A DNA stretch of 29,397 bases from a virus (Duplodnaviria > Caudoviricetes): the IMG/VR virus record IMGVR_UViG_3300048886_000270, positions 1-29,397 of that record; one strand, written 5' to 3'. A program made the position numbers and the translations under genes. Of this stretch, positions 8,709 to 18,033 are shown in pieces. Position 1 is the first letter of the stretch, and each line of letters begins with the position of its first letter. The notes beneath the pieces were generated by a model. That model made no database searches, was not told where the DNA came from, and was given only the letters and a program-made list of their open reading frames with translations.

Positions 8709-9336
8709 GTCATTACGTAACGAACTTTCGGAAGCACCAGATAAAAGAGAATTATCATTGGTGTCTGATGATGAAGGTAATGAAACACTAGATAACCGAC
8801 AAGCTGAAAGAGCATTCTTTAAAAAGCATGTTGTCCATTTTATGAGACATCCTCAGGGCAATGAACACGTTTTTAGTGGTTCAAGGGACCCAGTAGGACC
8901 GAGTGATAATATTGTAACAGAAGAACTCATCAGAGAAGGTGATAAGGAAGCATATCAGAAATTTTTTAAGAAAACATTAGAAAAGTTTGGTGTAGATTCT
9001 CCAGCAGATTTTAAGTCTGATAAAGAAAAGAAAAAGTTTTTCGATTATATAGATAAAGAGTGGAAAGCCGACCATGAAGAAGAAGTCAAAGAAGAAGATG
9101 AAATTACTGAAGATGTTTATGATACATTAACAAATATTGTTAAGAAAAAAAGTGCTCAAACCGTAAAATTTGATAATAGGAAAACCCTTTCAGTGGATTC
9201 ACAAACAGCAAATGTTCTTATCAAAGTTCATGATGCATTAAGACCACAAAACCAAAAGAAATACAGACAGAATTTAGCCAAAGGACCAAATGAATTTTTA
9301 AAGATGGTGGACTTTGCTTGGTCAAACGTAAGTTAA
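8695..9336 (+). CDS. Putative prohead core / internal head protein (gp68 position)
   Basis: 213 aa with GGAG RBS. N-terminus MKNF...LSEA and several [ILV]-x-E motifs typical of gp21 substrates. Lies between gp20 and gp21. Confidence 0.7.
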   Translation: MKNFRSLRNELSEAPDKRELSLVSDDEGNETLDNRQAERAFFKKHVVHFMRHPQGNEHVFSGSRDPVGPSDNIVTEELIREGDKEAYQKFFKKTLEKFGVDSPADFKSDKEKKKFFDYIDKEWKADHEEEVKEEDEITEDVYDTLTNIVKKKSAQTVKFDNRKTLSVDSQTANVLIKVHDALRPQNQKKYRQNLAKGPNEFLKMVDFAWSNVS

Positions 9337-9349
9337 GGAGAGTTAAAAA

Positions 9350-9727
9350 ATGTCTTCCCAACACATCGTTGATAAAAACATTAAAGGTGGTTACGTCACC
9401 TTAAGATTCAATAATACTGGGTCTAGTTGGCTTCATGAAGCCAATGGAGTAGGTGAAACCGTCAATTCAATGAAACTGTCAAATGTGCTTTGGTCTGCAA
9501 ACCAATCTGGTACTTGGACCATTCAAAGAGGTGCAAATGTTGTTTTGACCCTCACAGGTTCAGGCAGGTGGGATTTACATCAAGAACCTATTGTTGTTGA
9601 AAATGCTGGTGAACAAGTGTCTAATGTTGTGTGCAGTATGAGTGCCAATGCTAATGGTTGTCTTGTTCTCAAATTTCATAAATCCTCCACATTTGATCCA
9701 GAAACACCAACGGGGACGGGGAGCTAA
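9350..9727 (+). CDS. Hypothetical beta-rich protein in the head operon
   Basis: 125 aa, AAGGAG RBS, ends 5 nt before gp21. Confidence 0.75.
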   Translation: MSSQHIVDKNIKGGYVTLRFNNTGSSWLHEANGVGETVNSMKLSNVLWSANQSGTWTIQRGANVVLTLTGSGRWDLHQEPIVVENAGEQVSNVVCSMSANANGCLVLKFHKSSTFDPETPTGTGS

Positions 9728-9732
9728 CAGAA

Positions 9733-10383
9733 ATGAAATTAATAACCGAAATATGTGAAGACGTAGAAGTTATTACAGAAGCAAAAGAGGATGGAGAAGG
9801 TAAAGATTTCTACATCCAAGGCATCTTTATGCAGTCTGGTGAAAAGAATCGCAACGGCCGGTTGTATAAGAAAGAGATACTACAGCGAGAAGTTGGTCGA
9901 TATATCAAAGAGAATATCAAGAAGAACCGGGCCTATGGTGAGTTAGGTCACCCCGAAGGTCCCACCATCAATCTTGACCGTGTGTCACATATGATCAAAG
10001 AATTGGTTGAAGATGGTAACAATTTTGTTGGTAAAGCATTGGTTTTAGACACACCAAGTGGAAAGATTGTGCAGGAATTTCTTAAACAAAACGCATCCTT
10101 AGGTGTTTCATCTAGAGGTATGGGTTCATTGAAAGCGAGTAAAGGTGTTCAAGAAGTACAAGATGATTTCCATCTCGCAACTCCTGCCGACATAGTAGCA
10201 GACCCATCTGCAAAGGAAGCATTTGTGAACGGTATCATGGAAGGTAGGGAATGGATTTGGGACAACGGTATTGTCCGAGAGGTCGATATTGCTAAGTACC
10301 ACCAAGCAATTTCTGGGTCGAATAGAAGCGAACTAGAAACAACACAACTCAACGCTTTTTCAAATTTTATACAAAAATTGTAA
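9733..10383 (+). CDS. gp21: Prohead protease gp21
   Basis: MKLITE, IQGIFMQ...KNRNGR.Y, GELGHP, RVSH, GVSSRGMGS, DIVADPSA..AFV.GIME. Confidence 0.97.
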   Translation: MKLITEICEDVEVITEAKEDGEGKDFYIQGIFMQSGEKNRNGRLYKKEILQREVGRYIKENIKKNRAYGELGHPEGPTINLDRVSHMIKELVEDGNNFVGKALVLDTPSGKIVQEFLKQNASLGVSSRGMGSLKASKGVQEVQDDFHLATPADIVADPSAKEAFVNGIMEGREWIWDNGIVREVDIAKYHQAISGSNRSELETTQLNAFSNFIQKL

Positions 10384-10400
10384 GTTGAAAGAAGAAAAAG

Positions 10401-10408
10401 TATAAATA
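10401..10408 (+). promoter_or_regulatory. T4-type late promoter for gp22
   Basis: Exact TATAAATA, intergenic. Confidence 0.88.
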
Positions 10409-10455
10409 TAAGAAGTAATAATTACAAAAGTCTTTTAACACGAGGAGATAAAAAA

Positions 10456-11712
10456 ATGGTTGGAGAAAATATGCGAGGAACCTTAGAGGATGAAGCCATC
10501 GAAGAATCAAAAGACGTAAAGGTTAAAGCTGACCATAGTGGTGGTGAAGACGTTCCGGCTGCTGGTGTTGCTGAACCCGAAAAGAAGAAAGCTGAAGATC
10601 CTGAAGCTGATAACAAAGAGAAAAAGGGCGCTGAAAAGGCCGCCAAGTCAGTAACTAAGGTTGATATGAAGGTAGAAGATAAAGAACCTGCCGCTAAACT
10701 TCCTAAAACAAAAGCTGGTATGATTAATGCTATGCTAGATTCGGTTAAAGGTATGAAAAAGGCTGAATTAGAAGCTGTTTTCCCCGGCCTTATGAAGAAT
10801 TTTGTTCAAGAAGATGATGAAGAAGGTGAGGAGGAAGAGGAAGAAACCAAACCATCTGAACTCAAGAGCAAAGAATCCGATAATTCTGATGACGATGATA
10901 TGGAAACAACCGAATCAAAAGGTAGAGTAAAGAAAGAAGCGAAGAAGATTACTAAAGAAGATGTCGACCTTAAAGATGACGTTGAAGCCCTATTCAAAGG
11001 TGATGAAAACCTTTCTGATGAATTTAAAGACAAGGCAACCCTAATCTTTGAAACTGCGGTGGTTACGAAAGTTAATAAGAAACTTGACGAAATCACTCAG
11101 GAAAATGAAAAAGAATTAGAAGAAATCACAAGTACAATAACAGCCGAAACTACATCAAAGATGGAAGCTAAAGTTGATGAATATCTTGAATATGTAGTCG
11201 AAGAATGGATGACCGAGAATCAACTTGCTATTGAGTCGGGTATCCGTAACGAACTTACTGAGGAGTTTATTTCAGGTCTTAAGACGTTGTTTGAAGACCA
11301 TTTCATTGACATTCCAGAAGATAAAGTAGATGTTGTCGAGGAATTAGGAAATAAAGTCGAAGAACTTGAAGCAAATCTTAACCATGAAATTGACACAAAC
11401 ATTAAATTAAGAAAATCTAATGACGATTATGCAAAATCTGATATTATTGCTGATGTTTGTGACGGTTTAGTAGATACCGAAGTTGAAAAGATTACAGAAC
11501 TAGCTGAAGGTATTGACTTTGAAAACGAAGAAGACTATAAGCAGAAGTTAGAAACCGTTAAAGAGAACTACTTTCCGTCAGAGACAGGAGAAGATGGAAA
11601 AGTCGTAATTGATAATGATATTGATGGAAATCCTGTAGATGACGAAGTATTAATAACAGACCCAACGATGGCCAGATACTCAGATGCCATTTCTAGAACT
11701 GTAAAACATTAA
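10456..11712 (+). CDS. gp22: Prohead scaffolding protein gp22
   Basis: Acidic coiled coil with LSDEFK.KA..IFETAV, VDEYLEYVVEEW..EN..AIE.G, FI.GLK.LF..H.I.IPE.K.DV, KENYF. Confidence 0.95.
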   Translation: MVGENMRGTLEDEAIEESKDVKVKADHSGGEDVPAAGVAEPEKKKAEDPEADNKEKKGAEKAAKSVTKVDMKVEDKEPAAKLPKTKAGMINAMLDSVKGMKKAELEAVFPGLMKNFVQEDDEEGEEEEEETKPSELKSKESDNSDDDDMETTESKGRVKKEAKKITKEDVDLKDDVEALFKGDENLSDEFKDKATLIFETAVVTKVNKKLDEITQENEKELEEITSTITAETTSKMEAKVDEYLEYVVEEWMTENQLAIESGIRNELTEEFISGLKTLFEDHFIDIPEDKVDVVEELGNKVEELEANLNHEIDTNIKLRKSNDDYAKSDIIADVCDGLVDTEVEKITELAEGIDFENEEDYKQKLETVKENYFPSETGEDGKVVIDNDIDGNPVDDEVLITDPTMARYSDAISRTVKH

Positions 11713-11715
11713 TTT

Positions 11716-11723
11716 TATAAATA
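11716..11723 (+). promoter_or_regulatory. T4-type late promoter for gp23
   Basis: Exact TATAAATA; AAGGAG RBS follows. Confidence 0.9.
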
Positions 11724-11752
11724 ACTATTAGTAAACACAAAGGAGAACTAAA

Positions 11753-13117
11753 ATGTATCTTAATGAAGACTTACAAAAGAAGTGGCAGCCAGTTCTTGAA
11801 CATGAGGACCTTCCAAAAATTGATGATCCTCATAAGCGAGCCGTTGTTGCAACACTTCTCGAAAACCAGCAAAGAGATGCACAAGATCAGGCCGGAGGCT
11901 CCGGCACATACGCTGGACCACAGTCACTGTTAGAAGCAGCCCCCGTAAATGCGATGGGTTCATCTTCTTCAACGGCTGGTGATGGTTCAGTTGATATTTT
12001 TGACCCCGTCCTTATCTCACTGATAAGGCGAGCTGCTCCCAATCTTATCGCTTTCGATATTATGGGTGTGCAGCCTATGACTGGTCCGACTGGACTTATC
12101 TTTGCAATGCGCTCACGTTACACAAGCCAGACTGGCGCAGAAGCCCTGTTCAACGAAGCAAATACTACATTCTCTGCTTCCGCTGCAGGTAATACGGTCT
12201 CAGTAGACCAATTCGCAAACGCTCAGGTGGGTTCAACCCCAGCTGGTGCAACTGCTTCTAGCTATACCGCTGCTCAGGCAATGACGACAGCAGCTGCCGA
12301 AGCTCTCGGTGACGCAACAACTAATGCGTTCCAAGAGATGGCCTTCTCAATTGAGAAGATTGCTGTTACTGCTCGCTCAAGAGCCCTCAAAGCAGAGTAC
12401 ACGATGGAACTTGCTCAGGATCTTAAAGCCGTTCACGGACTGGATGCTGAAACAGAACTTGCTAACATTCTTTCAACTGAAATCCTTGCAGAAATTAACC
12501 GAGAAATGGTTCGTAAGATCAACATTTCTGCGACAATCGGTGCTCAGGAGAATGTGACTACAGCAGGCACTTTTGACCTTGATACTGATGCCAACGGTCG
12601 TTGGTCAGTTGAAAAGTTCAAGGGACTTATGTTCCAGCTTGAGAGAGAAGCTAACCAAATTGCTAAGGCGACTCGTAGGGGTAAGGGTAATATCTTGATT
12701 TGTTCTTCTGATGTTGCATCTGCTCTACAGATGGCAGGTGTCCTAGATACCTCTCCTGCTCTGTCGAATAGCCTAAATGTTGATGACACTGGTAATACCT
12801 TTGCTGGTGTTCTTAATGGACGATATAAGGTCTACATTGATCCTTATTTCGCAGCCACATCTGGTGTCCATTATGCAACAGTTGGTTATAAGGGCACAAG
12901 CCCATTTGATGCTGGCCTGTTCTATGCACCGTATGTCCCATTACAGATGGTAAGGGCAATCGGTGAGAATACCTTCCAGCCGAAGATTGGCTTTAAAACT
13001 CGATATGGTCTTGTAGCTAACCCATTCGCAACAACTGCTGCTGATGGTGTGGTTGCTTTCGCTGCTGGTAATAAAAACAAGTATTACAGAAGGTTCTCAA
13101 TTGCTAACCTAATGTAA
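11753..13117 (+). CDS. gp23: Major capsid protein gp23
   Basis: KW.PVL, LLENQ, probable maturation site LLE/AAP, FDPVLISL.RR, GVQPMTGPTGLIFAMR, SRALKAEYT.ELAQDLKAVHGLDAE.EL, FQPKIGFKTRYG. Confidence 0.99.
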   Translation: MYLNEDLQKKWQPVLEHEDLPKIDDPHKRAVVATLLENQQRDAQDQAGGSGTYAGPQSLLEAAPVNAMGSSSSTAGDGSVDIFDPVLISLIRRAAPNLIAFDIMGVQPMTGPTGLIFAMRSRYTSQTGAEALFNEANTTFSASAAGNTVSVDQFANAQVGSTPAGATASSYTAAQAMTTAAAEALGDATTNAFQEMAFSIEKIAVTARSRALKAEYTMELAQDLKAVHGLDAETELANILSTEILAEINREMVRKINISATIGAQENVTTAGTFDLDTDANGRWSVEKFKGLMFQLEREANQIAKATRRGKGNILICSSDVASALQMAGVLDTSPALSNSLNVDDTGNTFAGVLNGRYKVYIDPYFAATSGVHYATVGYKGTSPFDAGLFYAPYVPLQMVRAIGENTFQPKIGFKTRYGLVANPFATTAADGVVAFAAGNKNKYYRRFSIANLM

Positions 13118-13139
13118 TCAAGCGAATAGACCAAGATTT

Positions 13140-13170
13140 AAGAGGGAGAAGAAATTCTCCCTCTTTTTTT
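13140..13170 (+). terminator. Rho-independent terminator after gp23
   Basis: Stem AAGAGGGAGAA / TTCTCCCTCTT with a GAAA tetraloop, running into a T tract. Confidence 0.9.
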
Positions 13171-13182
13171 GTACTCAAAGGT

Positions 13183-13190
13183 TATAAATA
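13183..13190 (+). promoter_or_regulatory. T4-type late promoter for gp3
   Basis: Exact TATAAATA just downstream of the terminator. Confidence 0.85.
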
Positions 13191-13213
13191 AGGTCCATGG
13201 AGAAGGATAGACA

Positions 13214-13738
13214 ATGGTAGAAGTACAACCAGACACCACAAATTTCTTATCACCCGTTGGCTTTCGTTTTGTATTAAAACGAGCCCCAAATTTATCATAT
13301 TTTTGTAAGGGGGCAGTTATGCCTGGGTTTACATTAGGAGAAATCCCCATCGAAACTCCTTTTGTACAAATACCAGAACCAAGCGATAAATTAGTTTTTG
13401 AACCCCTTTCTCTCAGATTTGGTGTTGATGAGGATTTGAGTAATTATAAAGAGATTTATGATTGGATGATTGGCCTTGGTTTTCCTGAAGACTTCGCTCA
13501 ATCAAAACATAGAGATATACATGCTAAAAAATTTGGTAATATGTCAGATATTGTTTCTGATGGAACTCTCACTATCTTGACAAGTGGTATGAACCCAAAT
13601 GTGCAATTTACATTTAAGGATATGTTTCCTGTTGCACTATCCACGCTACCCTTCAGTCACGACCAAGCAGACATTGAATATATGGAATGTGATGTAACAT
13701 TTACTTACCGTAACTTTGTATTGAACCCTGTACTATAA
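13214..13738 (+). CDS. gp3: Tail completion / tube terminator protein gp3
   Basis: NFLSP.GF.F, YF......PG, F.VDEDL.NY.EIY.W, SDGTL.IL, F.DMFP..LS...F. The gp23-gp3-uvsY-uvsW order matches marine T4-like phages. Confidence 0.88.
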   Translation: MVEVQPDTTNFLSPVGFRFVLKRAPNLSYFCKGAVMPGFTLGEIPIETPFVQIPEPSDKLVFEPLSLRFGVDEDLSNYKEIYDWMIGLGFPEDFAQSKHRDIHAKKFGNMSDIVSDGTLTILTSGMNPNVQFTFKDMFPVALSTLPFSHDQADIEYMECDVTFTYRNFVLNPVL

Positions 13739-13745
13739 CTTAATC

Positions 13746-13774
13746 TTGACAAATGCTCTATATTGTGTTATACT
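13746..13774 (+). promoter_or_regulatory. Sigma70-type early promoter for uvsY-uvsW
   Basis: TTGACA (13746-13751), 17-nt spacer, extended -10 TGn, TATACT (13769-13774). Confidence 0.85.
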
Positions 13775-13807
13775 TAAAAACTATAATACAATTAGACGAG
13801 TTTTACG

Positions 13808-14242
13808 ATGAAATTGGAAGAAATACAAGAGCTCTGGTCAAAGGATTGTCGCATAGACCAGTATAGTCTAGAGGCCGAATCTCTTAAAACCCCCCAATTA
13901 CACAACAAATACCTGAAACTCTACTCTCAGGAGAGGGTGAGATACCATAAGTTGTGCTCGGACAGAAAGCAACTGGTCAGGTTCAAGACAGAATACTATC
14001 TAGGTGACCTGAATAATCCAGAGGATTTGAAACAATATAACATCGAACCGTGGCTCAAAAAGGTGCTCAAAACTGATGTTGGCACCTACGTTTACGGGGA
14101 TAAGGATGTTATCCAAATCAACCTTAAAATTGCACTATTGGAAGAAAAAATATCGTATGTTGAGAGCATCCTGAAGTCTATCAATGGAAGGAATTGGGAG
14201 ATTCGCAATGCGATAGAGTTTCTTAAGTTCACCAATCCGTAA
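13808..14242 (+). CDS. uvsY: Recombination mediator UvsY
   Basis: LEEIQ..W..D..ID, ESL..PQLH.KY, EYY.G, YV..D.D, R.W.I.NAIEF.KF. Stop overlaps the uvsW start. Confidence 0.9.
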   Translation: MKLEEIQELWSKDCRIDQYSLEAESLKTPQLHNKYLKLYSQERVRYHKLCSDRKQLVRFKTEYYLGDLNNPEDLKQYNIEPWLKKVLKTDVGTYVYGDKDVIQINLKIALLEEKISYVESILKSINGRNWEIRNAIEFLKFTNP

Positions 14243-15702
14243 TGGATACACTAACCGTCACGAAGGTTGACGACGTACATATACAGATAGACTGTGAGAA
14301 AGGTATTGCAAAGGAACTACATGACTATTTTAAGTTTAAGGTACCCAATGCACGATTTACCCCCTCATATAGAAGTAGGATGTGGGATGGGTTTATCCGC
14401 CTTTTCAACTACAACAACCATACCATGTATTATGGCTTGTTACCGAAACTGGACAAATTTGCGAGAGACAGACATTATGACGTAATCTATGACAAGACAA
14501 TAGAACCAGCGGAAGAACTGTCCCGTAAGGAAGCAAAGGAGTTTATCAACACCCTAAACATGGACATGGTTCCGAGAGACTATCAGATTAGTGCATTTGT
14601 CTATGCCATCAGAAACCGTAGGAGTTTGATACTGTCACCTACCGCCTCTGGAAAATCTCTAATCATCTACATGATACTCAAATATCTCAATCTGAAATCA
14701 CTGGTGATTGTGCCGACGACCAACCTGGTCTACCAGATGGCATCGGATTTTGAGAACTACTCTAAAGGAACCGTCAATGAAAACCACATACACAGGGTCA
14801 TAGCGGGTCAGGATAAGAGCTCTGATAAGCAGATTGTGATTTCCACATGGCAGTCCATCTATAAACAACCCAAGAAGTATTTTGCACAATACGATGTGGT
14901 TATCGGGGATGAGTGTCACCTATTCAAGGCTAAGTCGTTGACCTCTATCATGACCAAACTGGTCAACTGTAAGCACAAGCATGGGTTCACGGGGACGTTA
15001 GATGATACTGAGATAAATAAGCTGGTGTTGGAGGGGCTGTTTGGGCCGACCAAGAAGGTGGCAACCACGAAGGAACTCATAGATGGTGACCACCTCTCCA
15101 AGTTTAGGATAAAAAGCATACTGTTGCACTATCCTGAGGACGTTAAGAAGGCAGTAAGGACGAAACATAATAAATACCCAGACGAGATGAAGTTCATATG
15201 TGGGTATGGAAAGCGCAATAAGTTTATATATAACCTAGTGGAGTCATTAGAAGGCAACACATTACTACTATATCAATTTGTGGAGAAGCATGGTGAAATT
15301 TTATATAACCAACTCAAGGACAATATCAAAGACAGGAAGGTCTTTTTTATACACGGTAACGTAGATGTACAACAGAGAGAGAATATACGGGCGATCATGG
15401 AAACAGAGCGGGACGCCGTTGTTGTCGCTTCTTTTGGTACCTTTTCTTTGGGCACTAATATGCTCAATCTACACAATATTATTTTTGGCAGTCCTTATAA
15501 GTCACGCATACGAAATCTGCAAAGCATTGGTAGGGTTCTGCGGAAGGGTGACAACAAAAATCGGGCAACACTTTACGATATAGCAGACAATTTCTCTACC
15601 AATACGTATACGAATCATACGTTGAACCACTATAAGAAACGCATACTATTATACAACGAGGAGCAGTTTCCTTACAAAATATACAAGGTACAACTCAAAT
15701 GA
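14242..15702 (+). CDS. uvsW: SF2 DNA helicase UvsW
   Basis: WDG.IRLF, PRDYQ, SPTASGKS, IVPTT, STWQS, GDECH, GFTGT, QSIGRVLR. Confidence 0.96.
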   Translation: MDTLTVTKVDDVHIQIDCEKGIAKELHDYFKFKVPNARFTPSYRSRMWDGFIRLFNYNNHTMYYGLLPKLDKFARDRHYDVIYDKTIEPAEELSRKEAKEFINTLNMDMVPRDYQISAFVYAIRNRRSLILSPTASGKSLIIYMILKYLNLKSLVIVPTTNLVYQMASDFENYSKGTVNENHIHRVIAGQDKSSDKQIVISTWQSIYKQPKKYFAQYDVVIGDECHLFKAKSLTSIMTKLVNCKHKHGFTGTLDDTEINKLVLEGLFGPTKKVATTKELIDGDHLSKFRIKSILLHYPEDVKKAVRTKHNKYPDEMKFICGYGKRNKFIYNLVESLEGNTLLLYQFVEKHGEILYNQLKDNIKDRKVFFIHGNVDVQQRENIRAIMETERDAVVVASFGTFSLGTNMLNLHNIIFGSPYKSRIRNLQSIGRVLRKGDNKNRATLYDIADNFSTNTYTNHTLNHYKKRILLYNEEQFPYKIYKVQLK

Positions 15703-16136
15703 CAGAAGACATAGCACCCACAGATTTATATCCCGATGAGGGTATCAGATATTTGAAATTGGTCAATGGTGAACAGATTATCGCTCATCTGGTTGATATG
15801 GATGAAGATTCATGTTCCTTTTTCATCAAATACCCTATAGAAATCATCTTCCTAAAAAGTGCTGCAGGGTGTGCTTCCCACTTCAGTAAATGGATCATAT
15901 TCTCAGACAAGGTCCTGTTTGAAATTCCAGCCTGTTCGATAGTAACAATGACAAAGGTTAATGACAAAACCAAAGAATATTATAAGGATTCTCTAAGTTC
16001 ATTTTATGACGAGGAGTCGGAAGGTTTTCTATCTCAAGAGGTTGAAGAAACAGAAGGTGAAGACGAACTGACGGAAGCCTATCAACGCAGGTTTCTAAAT
16101 TTCGTTACTCCGTCAGCAAACACAAAATGGAATTAA
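15699..16136 (+). CDS. Hypothetical protein, probable Sm-like fold with an acidic tail
   Basis: LKLVNGEQIIA motif; ATGA overlap with uvsW; occupies the usual uvsW-gp55 slot. Confidence 0.7.
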   Translation: MTEDIAPTDLYPDEGIRYLKLVNGEQIIAHLVDMDEDSCSFFIKYPIEIIFLKSAAGCASHFSKWIIFSDKVLFEIPACSIVTMTKVNDKTKEYYKDSLSSFYDEESEGFLSQEVEETEGEDELTEAYQRRFLNFVTPSANTKWN

Positions 16137-16139
16137 TAC

Positions 16140-16168
16140 TTGATTTAACATAGGTTTTGTGTTATAAT
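16140..16168 (+). promoter_or_regulatory. Sigma70-type promoter for gp55
   Basis: TTGATT (16140-16145), 17-nt spacer, TGn, TATAAT (16163-16168). Confidence 0.8.
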
Positions 16169-16198
16169 ACAACATTGAAATAAGAATAGGGTGAAGTA

Positions 16199-16744
16199 AT
16201 GGCAAAGAAAAAGAAGCCGGAACATTATATTGATAATGATGAATTTTTGGCAGCAATGGTAGACTTTAAGAAGGCTGTTGCGGAAGCAGAAAAGACAGGT
16301 ACAGAAAGGCCTATGGTCTCAAATTATATCGGTGAGTGCTTTCTAAAACTGGCAACCCACAGGGCTCAACAGAGAAATTTCAGGGATTATACGTTCATTG
16401 GTGGTATGATAATGGATGGTGTAGAAAACTGCCTGAGGTATATAGATAACTTTGACCCCAACATCAGTGGCAACCCCTTCTCATACTTTACCCAGATCAT
16501 ATACTATTCCTTCCTCAGACGAATCGCAAAAGAGAAGAAAAGCTTATACATAAAACTGAAGGCTACAGAGAGAGCCAACATTTTTGCGGGGACCTCAGAT
16601 TTTAACCCACATGATGTGACTACATATAATGCTAGTGATATAGTATTGAATGAGTGGGCACAGAGGTTTGTTGAAGACTTTGAAACGAATGTCCGTAAGA
16701 AGAAGTTGGAACAAAAGAGAAAAGCGAAGAAGAAGGTGAAGTGA
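16199..16744 (+). CDS. gp55: Late-transcription sigma factor gp55
   Basis: HYIDN.EFL, YIGECFLK.A, DGVENCL.Y..NFDP, NPFSYFTQI.YY.FLRRI.KEKK. Consistent with the TATAAATA promoters in the window. Confidence 0.95.
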   Translation: MAKKKKPEHYIDNDEFLAAMVDFKKAVAEAEKTGTERPMVSNYIGECFLKLATHRAQQRNFRDYTFIGGMIMDGVENCLRYIDNFDPNISGNPFSYFTQIIYYSFLRRIAKEKKSLYIKLKATERANIFAGTSDFNPHDVTTYNASDIVLNEWAQRFVEDFETNVRKKKLEQKRKAKKKVK

Positions 16745-16941
16745 TGATTACAGAAATTCAGGCCAAGTATGGCCCATCTCTGCCCAGGAAGGGTAAGAAC
16801 GGTGACTACTTTGTTACCAGTCAGGACGACCTCGTATATGCTTGGGACAAACAATGGATTCAAGTTAGGGATCTCCAAGTTTGTGACATATACGAACACT
16901 ATCCCAAAAAGGGTCAGTGTGTGCTGTCAGTAGAACAATAA
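16744..16941 (+). CDS. Small hypothetical protein
   Basis: ATG at 16744 overlaps the gp55 stop (TGATG); fills the gap to gp47. Confidence 0.65.
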   Translation: MITEIQAKYGPSLPRKGKNGDYFVTSQDDLVYAWDKQWIQVRDLQVCDIYEHYPKKGQCVLSVEQ

Positions 16942-16947
16942 GCACCG

Positions 16948-18033
16948 ATGAAAATTGCACTAATAGCTGACTCCCACTTTGGAGCCAGAAACGATTCGCA
17001 GATATTTTTGAACTACTTTCAAAAATTCTACGACGAAATCTTTTTCCCGTACCTAAAAGACAACGGCATCACAACGATGGTCCATTTCGGTGACGTTGTT
17101 GACCGACGGAAGTTTATCAATTTCGTTAGTCTCAACGAGATGAAGTCCATGTTCTTTGATAGGGCACTCAAGGAAGAAATTGACACCCACATACTCATCG
17201 GCAACCATGACTGCTACTATAAGACAACCAACGTAATCAACTCCATCAACGAGTTGGTGGGAGACTACGACAACATAACCATCTACTCAGAACCAAAGGA
17301 GATGATATTTCAAGGTCCCGCAGGGAACGATACCCATGTGTTGATGATACCTTGGATCAACCCCACCAATTATGCCAAAACGATGAGGATGGTGAAGAAG
17401 TCCAAATCTCCAATTGTGTTCGGGCACTTGGAAATCAGAGGCATTGAGATGTACAATGGTGTCATAAACGAGGTCGGGGTTGAGGGTAAGGTCTTCAGTG
17501 ACTTTGAATTTGTAGCCTCTGGGCATTTCCACCACAAATCCTCACTCAACAATATACACTATCTGGGCAACCCATACCCCATGACTTGGAACGATTACAA
17601 CGACCCCAGAGGGTTTCACATTTTTGATACCTCTGACAAGTCTATGGAGTTTGTCAGAAACCCATACACCATTTTCAACAAGCTGTGGTATAACGATGAG
17701 GACGTAAAGAGTGTCAAGGAGCTACTGAATTTCGATTCAGATAAGTTCAAGGACCTGTATATCAAGGTGATTGTGACCAAGAAGACCAACCCCTACTGGT
17801 TCGACCTGTATCTTGACAAGCTATACAACTCGGAAATCGAGAATATCCAAATCGTTGACGACCATTTCAACGTAGATGAGGAAAATGAAGATGACATTAC
17901 TGATGAACTGGACGACACTATTACTATACTGACCAAGTACATAGATGACATGGACTTGAATATCAACAAGAAAAAACTTGACAATCTTATGAGAAGCCTC
18001 TATAATGAAGCTATTAACATAAGTGATACATGA
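16948..18033 (+). CDS. gp47: Recombination endonuclease subunit gp47 (Mre11/SbcD-like)
   Basis: Metallophosphoesterase motifs DSHFG, GDVVD, GNHD, GHLE, SGHFH. Confidence 0.96.
   Translation: MKIALIADSHFGARNDSQIFLNYFQKFYDEIFFPYLKDNGITTMVHFGDVVDRRKFINFVSLNEMKSMFFDRALKEEIDTHILIGNHDCYYKTTNVINSINELVGDYDNITIYSEPKEMIFQGPAGNDTHVLMIPWINPTNYAKTMRMVKKSKSPIVFGHLEIRGIEMYNGVINEVGVEGKVFSDFEFVASGHFHHKSSLNNIHYLGNPYPMTWNDYNDPRGFHIFDTSDKSMEFVRNPYTIFNKLWYNDEDVKSVKELLNFDSDKFKDLYIKVIVTKKTNPYWFDLYLDKLYNSEIENIQIVDDHFNVDEENEDDITDELDDTITILTKYIDDMDLNINKKKLDNLMRSLYNEAINISDT
17978..18006 (+). promoter_or_regulatory. Consensus sigma70 promoter inside the 3' end of gp47, upstream of gp46
   Basis: TTGACA (17978-17983), 17-nt spacer, TATAAT (18001-18006); preceded by an A tract. 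Confidence 0.75.
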
